Below are positions 1 through 10,784 of a DNA stretch of 64,000 bases, piece by piece. The notes under the pieces were generated by a model. It searched no databases, was not told the origin of the DNA, and was given only the letters and a program-made list of their open reading frames with translations. Made by a program: the position numbers and the translations under genes. Positions within the stretch are counted from its first letter, which is position 1. Every line of letters begins with the position of its first letter. This stretch comes from an uncultured archaeon (GTDB lineage: Archaea > Thermoproteota > Bathyarchaeia > Bathyarchaeales > Bathycorpusculaceae): assembly GCA_963810275.1 (NCBI GenBank), contig CAWENF010000021.1, positions 231,452-295,451 of the forward strand, in the 5' to 3' direction.

Positions 1-621
1 ACCGAAGTTATATGAGCTTTCAAAGCCGAGATAACCTGGGGCACCGTTGCCTAGCCAGTTAGATGAGATCAAGTACCAGATGCTGTTCTCGCCATAAATT
101 GGGCGGCTCCAGTACTCGGTTGGCAGTGGATATGTGTCGGGTAAGCGACCGATTGATTCTTCTTGGACGGTGAAGGTTGTTGTTGCATTGCTACCTAGGA
201 AAACGTCATTGTTATTTTGGTTGGAGCGTGCTGTTTGGTTAATCCACATTTCTGGGAATTCGAAGTCAACGGTGTATGTACCAGCCATGTCCGGGGTATA
301 GAGATATGCTTGGTTAGAGGTTGTGTCGAAAACTGTTGACCACTCCTCTTGAACGGTGTGGTTGTCAGGTTTTGTGATAGTCAATTTGTAGTCGTGTACT
401 CTAAAATCATTATCCAAGTCTGCGCCAGGTGCAGTTCGGTCAATCCACATGTAGATGGTGATTTCGTCACCAACGCCAACGTGATTGGGAAGAGCTGCAA
501 CGTATGCGAAAGTCTTGTATTCTGTTGCTGCGCTAGCTGTAGGCGTAAGTACTGATATGCCCATTGAAACGACTAAGAGTGTTGCTAACAAAATAGTCGC
601 GGTTTTACTTTTGGTATTCAA
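1..621 (-). CDS. N-terminal part of a large secreted PQQ-like beta-propeller/surface protein (runs off the window start)
   Basis: Manual translation from TTG at 621 gives MNTKSKTATILLATLLVVSMGISVLTPTASA (signal peptide) ... YPLPTEYWSRPIYGENSIWYLISSNWLG, open to base 1. Shares the LPxEYWSRPI...WxxISxNW motif with the protein at 18519-21096. Absent from the ORF track. Confidence 0.85.
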   Translation of the reverse strand, partial: MNTKSKTATILLATLLVVSMGISVLTPTASAATEYKTFAYVAALPNHVGVGDEITIYMWIDRTAPGADLDNDFRVHDYKLTITKPDNHTVQEEWSTVFDTTSNQAYLYTPDMAGTYTVDFEFPEMWINQTARSNQNNNDVFLGSNATTTFTVQEESIGRLPDTYPLPTEYWSRPIYGENSIWYLISSNWLGNGAPGYLGFESSYNFG

Positions 622-887
622 GATTTTCCTTTTTCTCCTTAAATCTTTAAGGGAAAGAGACTAAACATTTACCTTAATAAGCATTTGTGGAGGAAGCAAG
701 TGAATGGTTCACGATGATGTTGAAGAAGAGGCTTTCAGAAGCCAGTTTAGCTCACTTAGAAGCGATTTTGATGTACATTTTACCGCTAAAAAGTTGTGCA
801 CCCTCCTCTTTTATAGCTCGATTTCTTTGTAGTTGAGGAGCAATAAGGCTTTTATCAAGTAAACCACCATGATTATATTGATAATTT

Positions 888-1298
888 ATGCCGTTAGTTA
901 AGGACATAATGACTAAAAACGTGGCAACTATCGAGTCCAGCAAAACCGTCTACGATGCAGCACAGCTTATGGCTGAAAAAAGTTTAGGCTCCTTAATCGT
1001 GGTCATAAAAGGATTCCCCGTAGGAATAATTACTGAAAAAGACATCGTGAACAGAATAGTGGCTAAACGGGCTGCCGTGGACACTAGACTCTCTGAAGCG
1101 ATGACTAAAACCTTAATTATAGTTGAACCTGAAACATCGATTAGAGAAGCAGCAAGAGTTATGTCGGCAAACAAAATCCACCGGTTACCCGTTCTCAAAG
1201 AAAACAAGCTCGTGGGGATAGTTGCTGCTTCAGATTTCGTACGCAATGCCGGCAAAAAAACAACTACAGAAGAAATTCTCGAAGCTCTCGGAGGGTAA
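888..1298 (+). CDS. CBS-domain pair protein
   Basis: VKDIMTKNV...AAQLMAEKSLGSLIV...VGIITEKD and a second copy ...IHRLPV...LVGIV. Confidence 0.93.
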   Translation: MPLVKDIMTKNVATIESSKTVYDAAQLMAEKSLGSLIVVIKGFPVGIITEKDIVNRIVAKRAAVDTRLSEAMTKTLIIVEPETSIREAARVMSANKIHRLPVLKENKLVGIVAASDFVRNAGKKTTTEEILEALGG

Positions 1299-1354
1299 CC
1301 ATCAGACCTGCAAATTAAAAAAACATTAAATCGCAATTTTGTTTAATATAGCTT

Positions 1355-2071
1355 TTATTGGGCGCTATAGTCTTTTTTAAAGCCGGGTTTAAGCGGGTTA
1401 AATTGCGCATCTTTTGGGGGCAAAGGCTGCATTTTTAGAGCTTTTTGGGCGCATTCTTTAGCTTCATCCATCAACCCCAGCTTCGCCAAAGCCACCCCTT
1501 TTCCCAGCATAGCGTTAGCATATTCAGGCTTCAATTGCAAAGCAGTCTCGAAATTTTGAAGCGCTTCTTGGTAATCACCGTTATTTCCGTGCGCTATCCC
1601 AATTAAATAGTAAATTTTAGGGTCATCTGGCTTGTTTTTTAAAGCTAAATTATAGCACACTACAGCTTGATCGTATTGGTGGAGTTTAGCAAGTGAAAAA
1701 GCCAAGGAAAGCTGGATTTCAGTGCTGCTTGGGTCTAGTTGGACGGCTTTTTTGTCGCAGTTCACGGCTTGCTGATGCTGGTTTATAGTGGCGTAGGTAG
1801 CGGCCTTGAGGTGCCAAGCGTTAACCGATAATGGATTGTGTTGGAGGATTTTGTCGTAGCACTTGAGGGATTCGTTGCTTTTGCCCAGCCGCCCCAGAAT
1901 CAATGCTTTAATGAGTAGGGCGTCTTGGTTGTTTTCTTGGAGTTTTAGGGCTTCGTCCAGGCAGAGAAGGGCGCTTTCAAATTTCTGGGAATCCTTAAAA
2001 GCGATGGCCCGTTTGAGCTGTGCCGATGCTTGTAAACTTCTATATGCTTCATTGATCCCGTCTTGTTCCAT
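1355..2071 (-). CDS. Tetratricopeptide-repeat protein
   Basis: About six 34-aa TPR units (e.g. AVNCDKKAVQLDP, ALQNFETALQLKPEY). Confidence 0.9.
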   Translation of the reverse strand: MEQDGINEAYRSLQASAQLKRAIAFKDSQKFESALLCLDEALKLQENNQDALLIKALILGRLGKSNESLKCYDKILQHNPLSVNAWHLKAATYATINQHQQAVNCDKKAVQLDPSSTEIQLSLAFSLAKLHQYDQAVVCYNLALKNKPDDPKIYYLIGIAHGNNGDYQEALQNFETALQLKPEYANAMLGKGVALAKLGLMDEAKECAQKALKMQPLPPKDAQFNPLKPGFKKDYSAQ

Positions 2072-2724
2072 GCCGTCAACTCCAGTTTACTTTAGCCTTG
2101 CATGTTACAGAATCGAGAAAGCTAATTTATAACTAATGGTTAAACCGAATACCAATAAACCGATTTTTGAAACATATAATGCTGAATATGAGTCAGGCTT
2201 CATTCCTTTCTTCATACAGCGAGTTTCTGTAGGTAAAAGTTGTTATTAAAATTCGTAGATTGAAAGCTAATATGCGAAGGAGAGGAATGTTTTGAGCGCT
2301 TTGGTTCTGGAACGGGAGCAAATCACTGGGCTCCGCCTTTTCCGAAGGCTAATTTTAATTAGTTCCTAAATTTGTGGAAAAGGTTCAAATCAGTTTATTT
2401 TTAACAAATAGCCTTTTTTTAAACGCCAAAATTTTTAATTTAAAAACAAGTAAAATTGACGTTGTAAGAGAATATAACAAAGTTTCCAACAGGTTATAGA
2501 GAGTATAAGAGCAATACAGGCGGGTACTTTTTCCCTCATATAGAAAAGACGCAGACAAACGTCATACATTAAGGTTAACGCTAGGTTATAAAAACTTGCG
2601 ACTAAATTAAGTTTTAAGTTTTACTATATATTTGTTTGTAGTAACACAATAACACCAACATTGCTTCATAACTTTTTGTAAGGTTATATTCTGAAAATAA
2701 ATCGTTAGCTAGTGATTGCTTCTA

Positions 2725-2874
2725 ATGACTAAGTGCCCTCAATGTGGTTGCGAGATCAGTGAACCAATAAAAGAACTGACAAATACTCATTTCACTATTA
2801 AACAATACAAATGTACAGAATGCAACTTCACTTTTAAAGTTACAAAAGAATGGACTTCTTTCAGCAACAATTGA
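2725..2874 (+). CDS. Small C4 zinc-ribbon protein (49 aa)
   Basis: Manual translation MTKCPQCGCEISEPIKELTNTHFTIKQYKCTECNFTFKVTKEWTSFSNN; CPxCG...CxxC; below the ORF-track size cutoff. Confidence 0.7.
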   Translation: MTKCPQCGCEISEPIKELTNTHFTIKQYKCTECNFTFKVTKEWTSFSNN

Positions 2875-3090
2875 CCCTAAACGACTTTACTAATAGCTGA
2901 CCTAAGTTTGTAAATTATAATTTTATCAGAAACATCCTTCCTTTAAAGGGTGTAGATATTCCAAAGTACAAGAAAGCTAAGGCTAAAAAGAATATAACTA
3001 GTGACAGCAGCACCATTAAACTAGAGCATACCAATGATTCTAACATTCAACTAGAAAAGGAAAAATTGAAGCTTAAATTAAGTTTTGAAG

Positions 3091-3165
3091 CGGGTCGTAA
3101 GGGATTTGAACCCTTGACTTCCAGCTTAGAAGGCTGGCGCTCTATCCGTGCTGAGCTAACAACCC
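3091..3165 (-). tRNA. tRNA-Arg(UCU), no intron, CCA not encoded
   Basis: Reverse complement folds as a cloverleaf: acceptor GGGTTGT/ACGACCC, anticodon arm CCAGC-CTTCTAA-GCTGG, T-loop GGTTCAAATCC. Confidence 0.95.
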
Positions 3166-3316
3166 AACAAAGGTGAAGATAAAAATGGGCTTTCATGCTT
3201 TAAGCCTTACTATGAAATGAAGCCACATATCGTGCCCAAATGGGCTATAGTCTTTTTGGTTAAAAGAATAAAAAGTGGAATTAACCCAAAACAAAGTGGA
3301 ACAGTTGAGGATAACG

Positions 3317-4423
3317 CTAAGTTTTCCAGTCAGGACCCGCTTTCTTCCCGAACAGCACCTGCACGTGTCCAATTAATATAATTATCATCCAAACTGACGA
3401 GTAAAAGAAGTAATACACAACCAATTCATGCAGCTTCATCTCGCGGAAACCCAGTTTACGCCCAAACCCATAGAACACACCTGCAGTTAAGCCAAAGCCC
3501 GAAAGCGAAATTAACATCACTTTTAAGACGTCTGCGGTTCCCAAGGAAATAAGGAAAATTGGCAGGGCAATATTGAATTTGACTGAGAGAAACAGCGAGA
3601 AAACCAGCAGAGAGTTGTACATCCACATGCTAGGGACAAGTGCGCTTAGGAAGAACACAGTAACTGAAGGATACAGGAAAAATAGGCTAGGCAGGAAAAC
3701 TTGCGGCTTCTTGATGAAACGCTTCATGAGTTGGCGATTCCAGTCTTTGAGCCAAAGCGCCTGCCCAATCGCCCAACGCCTGCGTTGGGTAAGCCACTTG
3801 TGCCAGTCACCATGAACGACGTTTTTAACTTCCACGTCATGAGAGTAGCTAAAACTTCTATCCTCAAGGAAAGCACGAGTGGCTATGTCAATGTCTTCGG
3901 CTACAACCTTTCTAAAACCATGCACCTTCTCAAACGTTTCCCGGTTGATGGCAAACGCTGCACCGTTGACTGCGGGGCATTTATGCATGAAACGGCTGGC
4001 AATCCACGAGCTAATGTTAAAGGTTAGGTACTCGTAGTAAGCCATTCTGGAGAGAAAGGAGTTATTTTTTGTAACTCGTTTTTTGATGTCTAACACGTCT
4101 GTGTGTTGCATTTCCATAACGATTTTCCTTAGATAATCGCGGTCATCTGGGATACCTACATCGGAGTCTAAAAAAAGCAGCACCTTACCTGTTGACAAAT
4201 CCACGGTGTTATTAAGAGCAGTGGATTTTCCAACGCGCTCTTGATTAACTATGATGCGTACATCATCGCGTTCAAGCCGCTGGATTTCTCGGATGAAGTC
4301 AGCGGTTGGGGCATCAACTGTTACAAATATTTCTTTATCTACATTCTGCTTGCCCAAAACATCCAGCATCCCCGCTAGCTGGTCAGACTCTTTATAAACG
4401 GGAACGAAGATGCTTATGTCCAC
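3317..4423 (-). CDS. Membrane-bound GT2 family glycosyltransferase (processive type)
   Basis: FVPVYKE, FLDSD, AEDID and QRRRW (D,D,D,QxxRW) motifs; C-terminal TM helices. Confidence 0.9.
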   Translation of the reverse strand: MDISIFVPVYKESDQLAGMLDVLGKQNVDKEIFVTVDAPTADFIREIQRLERDDVRIIVNQERVGKSTALNNTVDLSTGKVLLFLDSDVGIPDDRDYLRKIVMEMQHTDVLDIKKRVTKNNSFLSRMAYYEYLTFNISSWIASRFMHKCPAVNGAAFAINRETFEKVHGFRKVVAEDIDIATRAFLEDRSFSYSHDVEVKNVVHGDWHKWLTQRRRWAIGQALWLKDWNRQLMKRFIKKPQVFLPSLFFLYPSVTVFFLSALVPSMWMYNSLLVFSLFLSVKFNIALPIFLISLGTADVLKVMLISLSGFGLTAGVFYGFGRKLGFREMKLHELVVYYFFYSSVWMIIILIGHVQVLFGKKAGPDWKT

Positions 4424-4543
4424 TTTTTTCTCCTCTCAAGCAAGCAGTAACCATTGGAGTATTCACGTATGGCTTTTTAAATTCTTCTGCATTTTATTGC
4501 AAAAAAGTCTTCTCGCTAATCATCAAAACGCCAAAATGAAAGT

Positions 4544-5071
4544 TTAAAGCTCTTCACAGAGGTTTTGTAGTACATTTTTGGAGATTGGGCCTATACGGTA
4601 GAGCATTTCGGCTTCGTGTCCGTCACTTCCGAAATCCGCCTCGCTAAAAAGCATGCTGCGCTCAAGCGGGGCATGAAGCTGATTTGCGAGGGCAGTAAAG
4701 TTTCTTTTAGAAGCCTCGTTCGAGGGATTCACTGTGCCCTCAAAGAAAGTTGCGTTCGAAGAGCATAGCTGGTATAGCAGCAGTCGCCTCTGTAATCCGT
4801 TACCCCGGTAATTTTTATGGACGACGGTTTCCCAGTTGAAAAACGTGTCAGGTCTGCTAGGTGAGAGGTAACCTGAAGAGAAAGCTACAATTTCACCGTC
4901 CTTTTCTGCTACGACACAAGTATCGGAGAAGTCCCTTGCCAAGAGGAAGTAGGTATAGCGGCTGTTTAGCCCAACGTAGGGGCGGTTGGCTATGAGAAGC
5001 TTATAAACAGCGGCAATGTCTTCTATGACCACCTTTCTGATAGTAAAGTCTGCATTGGAGGTTTTTTGCAT
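4544..5071 (-). CDS. GNAT acetyltransferase, EctA (diaminobutyrate acetyltransferase)-like
   Basis: LNSRYTYFLL-ARDFSDTCVVAE, SGYLSPSRPDTFFNW, RGNGL, TVNPSNEAS, GHEAEMLYRIGP match the EctA pattern; abuts the aminomutase stop. Confidence 0.8.
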   Translation of the reverse strand: MQKTSNADFTIRKVVIEDIAAVYKLLIANRPYVGLNSRYTYFLLARDFSDTCVVAEKDGEIVAFSSGYLSPSRPDTFFNWETVVHKNYRGNGLQRRLLLYQLCSSNATFFEGTVNPSNEASKRNFTALANQLHAPLERSMLFSEADFGSDGHEAEMLYRIGPISKNVLQNLCEEL

Positions 5072-6415
5072 TTAAGGTTTCACGTTGGGTTTGCGGCGTT
5101 TGATTCGTTGGTTGCCTTCAGGTATGAGCGAGATTGTCTTGCCCGCATTCGCTAGCAGCTTTTCTACGCCGATGGGGGGTTTGTGGATTTCAAGTGTTAG
5201 TTGTAGATGGCATTTGTCGCAGTCTCGATCACATTTAGGGGGCTTGTAATTTTCAGGTTCCTGATAGGTAGTTATGACGCCTTCGTAGTTGCGTAGCACT
5301 GTCTTGTTAGTTGACCACGAGATTATGTGGTTGGGCATAACTGGAATTTTTCCTCCGCCGCCAGGAGCGTCAATTACAAAAGTGGGCACTGCAAAGCCGC
5401 TGGTGTGCCCCTGCAGACTTTCCAAAATTTCGATGCCTTTCCCTACGGAGGTGCGGAAGTGTGTGAGTCCTTCAGAGAGGTCACATTGGAACAGGTAGTA
5501 GGGGCGGACTCGGTTTTGGACTAGTTTCTGACAGAGTTTTTTCATGATTTGAGGGCAATCATTTACACCTGCAAGCAATACTGATTGGTTGCCTAAGGGG
5601 ATACCGGCATCGGCAAGTTTTCGCAGCGCTTCTCGTGCTGAGAGAGTGAGTTCACGGGGGTGGTTAAAGTGAGTGTTTAACCAAATCGGGTGATGTTTCT
5701 TTATTACAGCGACAAGTTCGGGAGTTATACGGTAAGGCAAAACCACGGGGGTTCGAGTACCGATTCGGATGACTTCAACGTGTGGGATAGCTCGAAGCTC
5801 GGTGAGTATCCAGTCAAGGAAACTGTCAGGCACCATCAGGGCATCGCCGCCGCTTAAGAGCACATCGCGGACTTCAGGGTGATTTTTTATGTAATCAATT
5901 CCAGCTCGTATTTGTTCTTTTGAGGGGATATAGTCGTTGTCGCCGACTTTGCGTTTGCGGGTGCAGTGGCGGCAGTACATAGCACATCGGTTGCTAATTA
6001 AGAACAGGACACGGTCGGGATACCGGTGAGTTAACCCTGGAACGGGGCTGTCTTTGTCTTCGTGCAAGGGGTCAGCCATGTCATGATGGGCTATTTCCAG
6101 CTCCATCGGGTTGGGGAACGCTTGTTTGAATATGGGGTCGTTGTGATAGTCTTCTCGGTCAATCAAGCTGGCATAATAGGGAGTTATATTTAGAGGAAAT
6201 TTTTCTATAGTTTTTTGAAGTTCCTTTCTTTCCTTTTTTGGGAAGGTTATCCCCATGAAGTCTTCGAAGGCTTCGATGGTTCTAATAGAGTTTTTCAGTT
6301 GCCAACGGTAATCCATCCATTCAATTACGGAGACAGGGTCTTTGAGCTGTGACGCATACGATTGGTAACTGAGAGGAAGTTCTGGTTTTTCAACAATCAG
6401 GACTGTCATCTCCAC
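5072..6415 (-). CDS. ablA: L-lysine 2,3-aminomutase (KamA/AblA)
   Basis: THRYPDRVL, radical-SAM [11 protein letters not shown]-lysine [17 protein letters not shown]-terminal CDRDCDKC. Confidence 0.93.
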   Translation of the reverse strand: MEMTVLIVEKPELPLSYQSYASQLKDPVSVIEWMDYRWQLKNSIRTIEAFEDFMGITFPKKERKELQKTIEKFPLNITPYYASLIDREDYHNDPIFKQAFPNPMELEIAHHDMADPLHEDKDSPVPGLTHRYPDRVLFLISNRCAMYCRHCTRKRKVGDNDYIPSKEQIRAGIDYIKNHPEVRDVLLSGGDALMVPDSFLDWILTELRAIPHVEVIRIGTRTPVVLPYRITPELVAVIKKHHPIWLNTHFNHPRELTLSAREALRKLADAGIPLGNQSVLLAGVNDCPQIMKKLCQKLVQNRVRPYYLFQCDLSEGLTHFRTSVGKGIEILESLQGHTSGFAVPTFVIDAPGGGGKIPVMPNHIISWSTNKTVLRNYEGVITTYQEPENYKPPKCDRDCDKCHLQLTLEIHKPPIGVEKLLANAGKTISLIPEGNQRIKRRKPNVKP

Positions 6416-6580
6416 AGTTAACGGTTTTTTGGTAAGCGTCGTTCTTATAAGTTTTGGACAAATACGGTTCAGTCACTTGGCAAAGTGGCATAGATGAATT
6501 TTTTCCATTTGTCTATTTTTAGAGTGCAGGTAGAGTTTGCAGGTACATTATTATTTGCCTCGACAGGCTATATCCAACAT

Positions 6581-7606
6581 ATGAGAAAAGCAAAAGCTAT
6601 CAGCCTATTCTCAGGTGGACTTGACAGCATACTTGCCACAGAACTTGTACGCCGACAAGGCATAGAAGTCATAGCTTTCAACATTAAAACCCCGTTTGGC
6701 ATACCCAAAAAAGACGGGCAAACAGAGGCACAACAAGCCGCAGAGATCCTCAAAGTACCCCTTGTTGTACAACGCGTTGACAAAGAATACATAAAAATGC
6801 TCCGCAACCCCCGGCATGGCTACGGAAAAAACATCAACCCTTGCATAGACTGCAAAATCTTAATCCTAAAACAAGCCAAAAAGTACGCTAAACAAGTCGG
6901 CGCAGACTTCATGTTTACGGGTGAAGTATTGGGTGAGCGTCCGATGTCGCAGCATGGTGCAGCATTAAGAACCATCGAGAAGGAGGCGAGGTTAAAGGGT
7001 AAGCTTCTGCGTCCGTTGTCGGCAAAGCTTATGGCTGAAACTGAAGCTGAAAAACAGTGTTTAATTGACCGCGAAAAGTTGTTGGCGATTGAAGGCAGAT
7101 CGCGCAAGCCCCAGATGGACCTCGCCAAACAGTTCGGCATAGAGGTTTATCCTTCGCCTGCAGGCGGATGCCTCCTGACCTGTGAAGAGTACGCTAAGAA
7201 GCTTCGTGACCTCTTCGACCACAAAAAACGAGTCAGCGTGGATGATGTGGCGTTGCTGAGAGTCGGAAGGCATTTCCGTGTGGACGATAACAAGGTTGTT
7301 GTGGGCAGAAACCAAGCTGAAAACATCTACCTGACGGGGCATAGGGGCATGGGAGACTTTCTGTTTGAGTTGCCATTTCCAATAATGGGTCCTACAACGC
7401 TGCTCCAAGGCCCCAAAAGAAAAACCTCCATAGAAGTTGCTGCTAAACTTACTGCGTTTTACTCTGACGCTAAAACTTCAGAGGCAACTGTGAAATATGG
7501 CAAAGAAGTCATGGACAAAACCATGACAGTTTGGGTTCCCAAGAGGGATTACGTGGATAGGCTAAGAGTAGGAGCCGCCGAAGTTAAGCTTGGCAGTAAA
7601 CCGTGA
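6581..7606 (+). CDS. PP-loop tRNA thiouridylase-like protein (ThiI/MnmA-like, no THUMP domain)
   Basis: SGGLDS PP-loop, NPCIDC, TGEVLGERPMSQ, PAGGCLLT; start moved to the ATG at 6581. Confidence 0.8.
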   Translation: MRKAKAISLFSGGLDSILATELVRRQGIEVIAFNIKTPFGIPKKDGQTEAQQAAEILKVPLVVQRVDKEYIKMLRNPRHGYGKNINPCIDCKILILKQAKKYAKQVGADFMFTGEVLGERPMSQHGAALRTIEKEARLKGKLLRPLSAKLMAETEAEKQCLIDREKLLAIEGRSRKPQMDLAKQFGIEVYPSPAGGCLLTCEEYAKKLRDLFDHKKRVSVDDVALLRVGRHFRVDDNKVVVGRNQAENIYLTGHRGMGDFLFELPFPIMGPTTLLQGPKRKTSIEVAAKLTAFYSDAKTSEATVKYGKEVMDKTMTVWVPKRDYVDRLRVGAAEVKLGSKP

Positions 7607-7672
7607 GCTCCATGTAACTGAACAAAAAACTTATCCCAAGAACGCCACATTTAGCTGTTGAGGCAGAAGCCC

Positions 7673-8516
7673 GTGACAATTGAAAGTAACAGAAAACTGG
7701 GCGCTATCGGCTCGCTTTTGACGATTATCGGAGCAGTTAGCACCGTACTAACCGTCATTCAATATTCCAGTTTGTTGACGCCGACTACTATCGATATGGT
7801 GCCGAACTTTGCACTTTTAGCCGCCAGCGGGGCAGTATCCATGGTTGCGTTTCGTCGGGTTCATCCTTTTTCTTATTGCGATGTATGGGTTCTCTAAAGA
7901 TTATCAGCAACCCAAAATCTTCAATTCCGTACTCTACGGAATCATAATAACGATAGTTGCAGCCGTAATTTTAGGCGTAATCTGGTTTGTCTTGACCATA
8001 GCTAACATCTTAAGTCTCATACCAACCATTGTTCCCCCAACGCCCACCCAGATTCCAACAAATCTGATCCAAGAATTGATGACGCCCTACGCAGCCATGT
8101 TGATGGCGGGGATGTCGCTGGTTATACTGGTTTGGATAGGCTACTTCTACAAAGCCTTCAACTTACTATCTGAAAAGTCTAAGGTGAAGTTTTTCAGTTC
8201 AGCTGCAAAAATCTTCGTACTGGGAGCGCTTATAACAGTAGCAGTAAGCTTCACCTTAGCAATGTTAAGCATCAACGAAACAGTAGATTACACCACAACA
8301 TTGCTGGCTTCGATTCCCGGAGCCGCCGTGCAGTATTTAGCCTGGGCACTCGCAGCTAAAGGCTTTTTTAGCATAAAAGTACCACCTCAGGAGGTTGCCC
8401 AAACCAATGCGTCTGTATGGGCTGCTAATCCTGATGTGCGGTACTGCACAAATTGTGGAACCCCAAACCAGGCGGACTCCACCTACTGCACCCGATGCGG
8501 AAAGAAACTTTCCTGA
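7673..8516 (+). pseudogene. DUF996-like membrane protein with C-terminal zinc ribbon, split by one frameshift near 7850
   Basis: ORF 7658-7897 (TIESNRKLGAIGSLL) joins ORF 7845-8516 (VGFILFLIAMYG...CTNCG...CTRCG) if one T is removed from GCGTTTCGTC. Confidence 0.75.
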
Positions 8517-8566
8517 TAACGGAAAAGTTGAAAATCTAATAGTTCTTTCTTCTTTAGAGATGGCTG

Positions 8567-9154
8567 ATGATTGACACCTACTATCTACATTTAGAGTTCA
8601 AAAACAAAAATGGTATTTGGGCAGTGAATCTGCCTTTTCTATGCACAAGATGCGGCGTATGCTGCAAGCTCGACGACTTCTTAGCGGCGGGCCCAATTAA
8701 AGCCACGTCAAAAGATCAGCCAAAAATCTATAGTGATCTCAAAGCACTCTATGACATGCTTGGCGAATTACTTGACAAAAAAGGGCAAGTCCAATACGAC
8801 GAATACCTCATGCATACTGCTTGTCCATTTCTAAAAGGCAAGCTATGCAGCATCTATAAAATTCGTCCTGAGGGTTGCCGCATGTTTCCCAACACAGTGT
8901 TTGCCATGTTAAGCGAAGACTGTAAGGCACTGGACAGGTTCAAGCGTCAACTCAGGAGCCTCAAACGGGGTAGAAGCTGCACCGAAGCGTTTTACTCTAC
9001 TCTGGAGCAGAACAAACCTGCTAAGTACTCCCAAAAGCAATACCAGAAATGCCTAAACCAGCTTAAACAGGCGGGAATAACAAAAGAAGAATTGGCGCTC
9101 TTTCAAGATTTAAACAGAAATAAAGAGAAAAATGAAGGAAAAACTAGTTGTTAA
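8567..9154 (+). CDS. YkgJ-family CxxCxxCC cysteine-cluster protein
   Basis: CTRCGVCC, CPFL...CSIY..RPEGCRMFP. Confidence 0.85.
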   Translation: MIDTYYLHLEFKNKNGIWAVNLPFLCTRCGVCCKLDDFLAAGPIKATSKDQPKIYSDLKALYDMLGELLDKKGQVQYDEYLMHTACPFLKGKLCSIYKIRPEGCRMFPNTVFAMLSEDCKALDRFKRQLRSLKRGRSCTEAFYSTLEQNKPAKYSQKQYQKCLNQLKQAGITKEELALFQDLNRNKEKNEGKTSC

Positions 9155-9554
9155 ATTTTCTTTGCAGCTTTTTGCATTTAGCGTTAAAACTGATTAGCTG
9201 CTTGTAGCTTTTGAGCTGTACAAAGGAGCAATGTCTCTGACCCCACGAAACTGCTTCTTCTGTAAACCCACTATTTGAGATCAGCAATCCTTGGTCAACT
9301 TCGCCTTTTTCTTTGGCTATGGCAACTTTGTTGCAGAAGGCTTCAACGTCGTGTGCGTCAAGTGGTTTTTCGTTGTAGTGTCCCTTGCATTCTACGTGCA
9401 GAATTAGTTTGCGTTTTGCTTGTAGAACCTCTACACGAAGGTGTGGAGTTCTGGTATGCAGGGTTGTGTGGGCTTTTGTGGTGTAACCCAACTGGTTTAG
9501 CATATCTTTAACTATATCTTCGAATGTCTTACCGCATTGAGGGCTATATGACAT
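9144..9554 (-). CDS. Stand-alone Mrr-cat-like restriction endonuclease-fold protein
   Basis: FEDIVKDML..LGY, VECK, GLLISNSGFTEEA. Confidence 0.75.
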   Translation of the reverse strand: MSYSPQCGKTFEDIVKDMLNQLGYTTKAHTTLHTRTPHLRVEVLQAKRKLILHVECKGHYNEKPLDAHDVEAFCNKVAIAKEKGEVDQGLLISNSGFTEEAVSWGQRHCSFVQLKSYKQLISFNAKCKKLQRKFNN

Positions 9555-10002
9555 TTAGGCACCGTTTCTATTTGAGAAATCTTTAACCTATAATAAGGTT
9601 TTGGCGTTTCCCGGAAAATTTTTCAAGAAAACGTAAAAAAAAGCTCAGTAAGCGCATATCTCCGCACAAAGGATACGGAAAAAAACACAGTTGTAAACGA
9701 AAAATGCAAAAACCCATTTTTTAGCGACCAAAAAGAGTTCAGGAACGAGCGATCCAAAATATCTAATGCCGATTCTACTTTTCAGCAAAAAAGTCAGGGC
9801 CATTGGTTTTTGGGTGTCACCTTGCGAAGTCTAAACGCAAACCCATCACACCGCCACATGCACAATCAAGCGGTTCCATGCAACATGTAGAAAAAACAGG
9901 TCTCCCACACCCACATAACGAATACACAGCAGCTTCAAAAATTTTTCCTATCCACCAGAGTTCCGAGTCGCTTCAGCAGCAAAGAATAAACAAAAACCAC
10001 AA

Positions 10003-10713
10003 CTACGGTTTCTTCATAACTTCCGCCCTAAGCTCTTTAGGCATCAACTCAATAGCATAACGCAAAGCCGTCCGAGGCATCACACTGCGGTTTTTAACCA
10101 CATAGTCAAAAACCTCTTTTTGATGCATACGACTTTCCTCTTTTAGCAGCCACCCATAACCCTTCTGAACCAAATCATCCCCATCCAGCAATAATACATT
10201 AGCAACATCAAAAGCTTCCGAAAGGAACAGACCGCGTTTTGCGGGCACAATAAATGACACCGCAGACGCACGTTTAAGCCACCTGTTACCGCTTTTGGCC
10301 CAACTTTTAACTTCAGCAACGACTTCAGAACACTTTACAATAAGGTCGCCCACTGCGTGATTACATAAGCCGTCGCACTCCGCCCAGTTGTTCACATAGG
10401 TTTCTATCCAGCGTTTGAAAGTGTGGATGTCTTCTGGGTTGAGGTTGTCAATATAATAAGGTAACCAAGTGTTGACAACAAAAGCTTCCTCCATATAGCC
10501 TGACTGGAAAAAAGCCTCACATAGGGCAAAAAGCTCCTGTTTCCTCATAGAGCGGATTTGTTTTAGGTATTTTTTGGCGATTTTCTCCACAACTGCTGTT
10601 TTGACGCCGTACACTTGGATTTGCTCTTTGAAGAAACGGTGTGCGGTCTGGGCGGTTTTAGGATCGGAGTTAACTTTGAGATCTAGGCGTATCTGCTCAA
10701 TAAGTAAGGACAT
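10003..10713 (-). CDS. DNA alkylation repair enzyme (AlkD-like)
   Basis: YGVKT, NNWAECD, DDLVQKGYGWLLKE, MPRTALRYAIE. Confidence 0.9.
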   Translation of the reverse strand: MSLLIEQIRLDLKVNSDPKTAQTAHRFFKEQIQVYGVKTAVVEKIAKKYLKQIRSMRKQELFALCEAFFQSGYMEEAFVVNTWLPYYIDNLNPEDIHTFKRWIETYVNNWAECDGLCNHAVGDLIVKCSEVVAEVKSWAKSGNRWLKRASAVSFIVPAKRGLFLSEAFDVANVLLLDGDDLVQKGYGWLLKEESRMHQKEVFDYVVKNRSVMPRTALRYAIELMPKELRAEVMKKP

Positions 10714-10784
10714 AACATCAGATTGGACGATATTCGGATATTAAGTTTTTTAAAAGCGGGTTCTATTAAAGGGGAAGGGAAGGT

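Noticed and set aside
2132-3165. Integrated element at tRNA-Arg
   Set aside because: No direct repeat of the tRNA 3' half found; GGTTCAAATC near 2382 is only 10 bp and in the opposite orientation.
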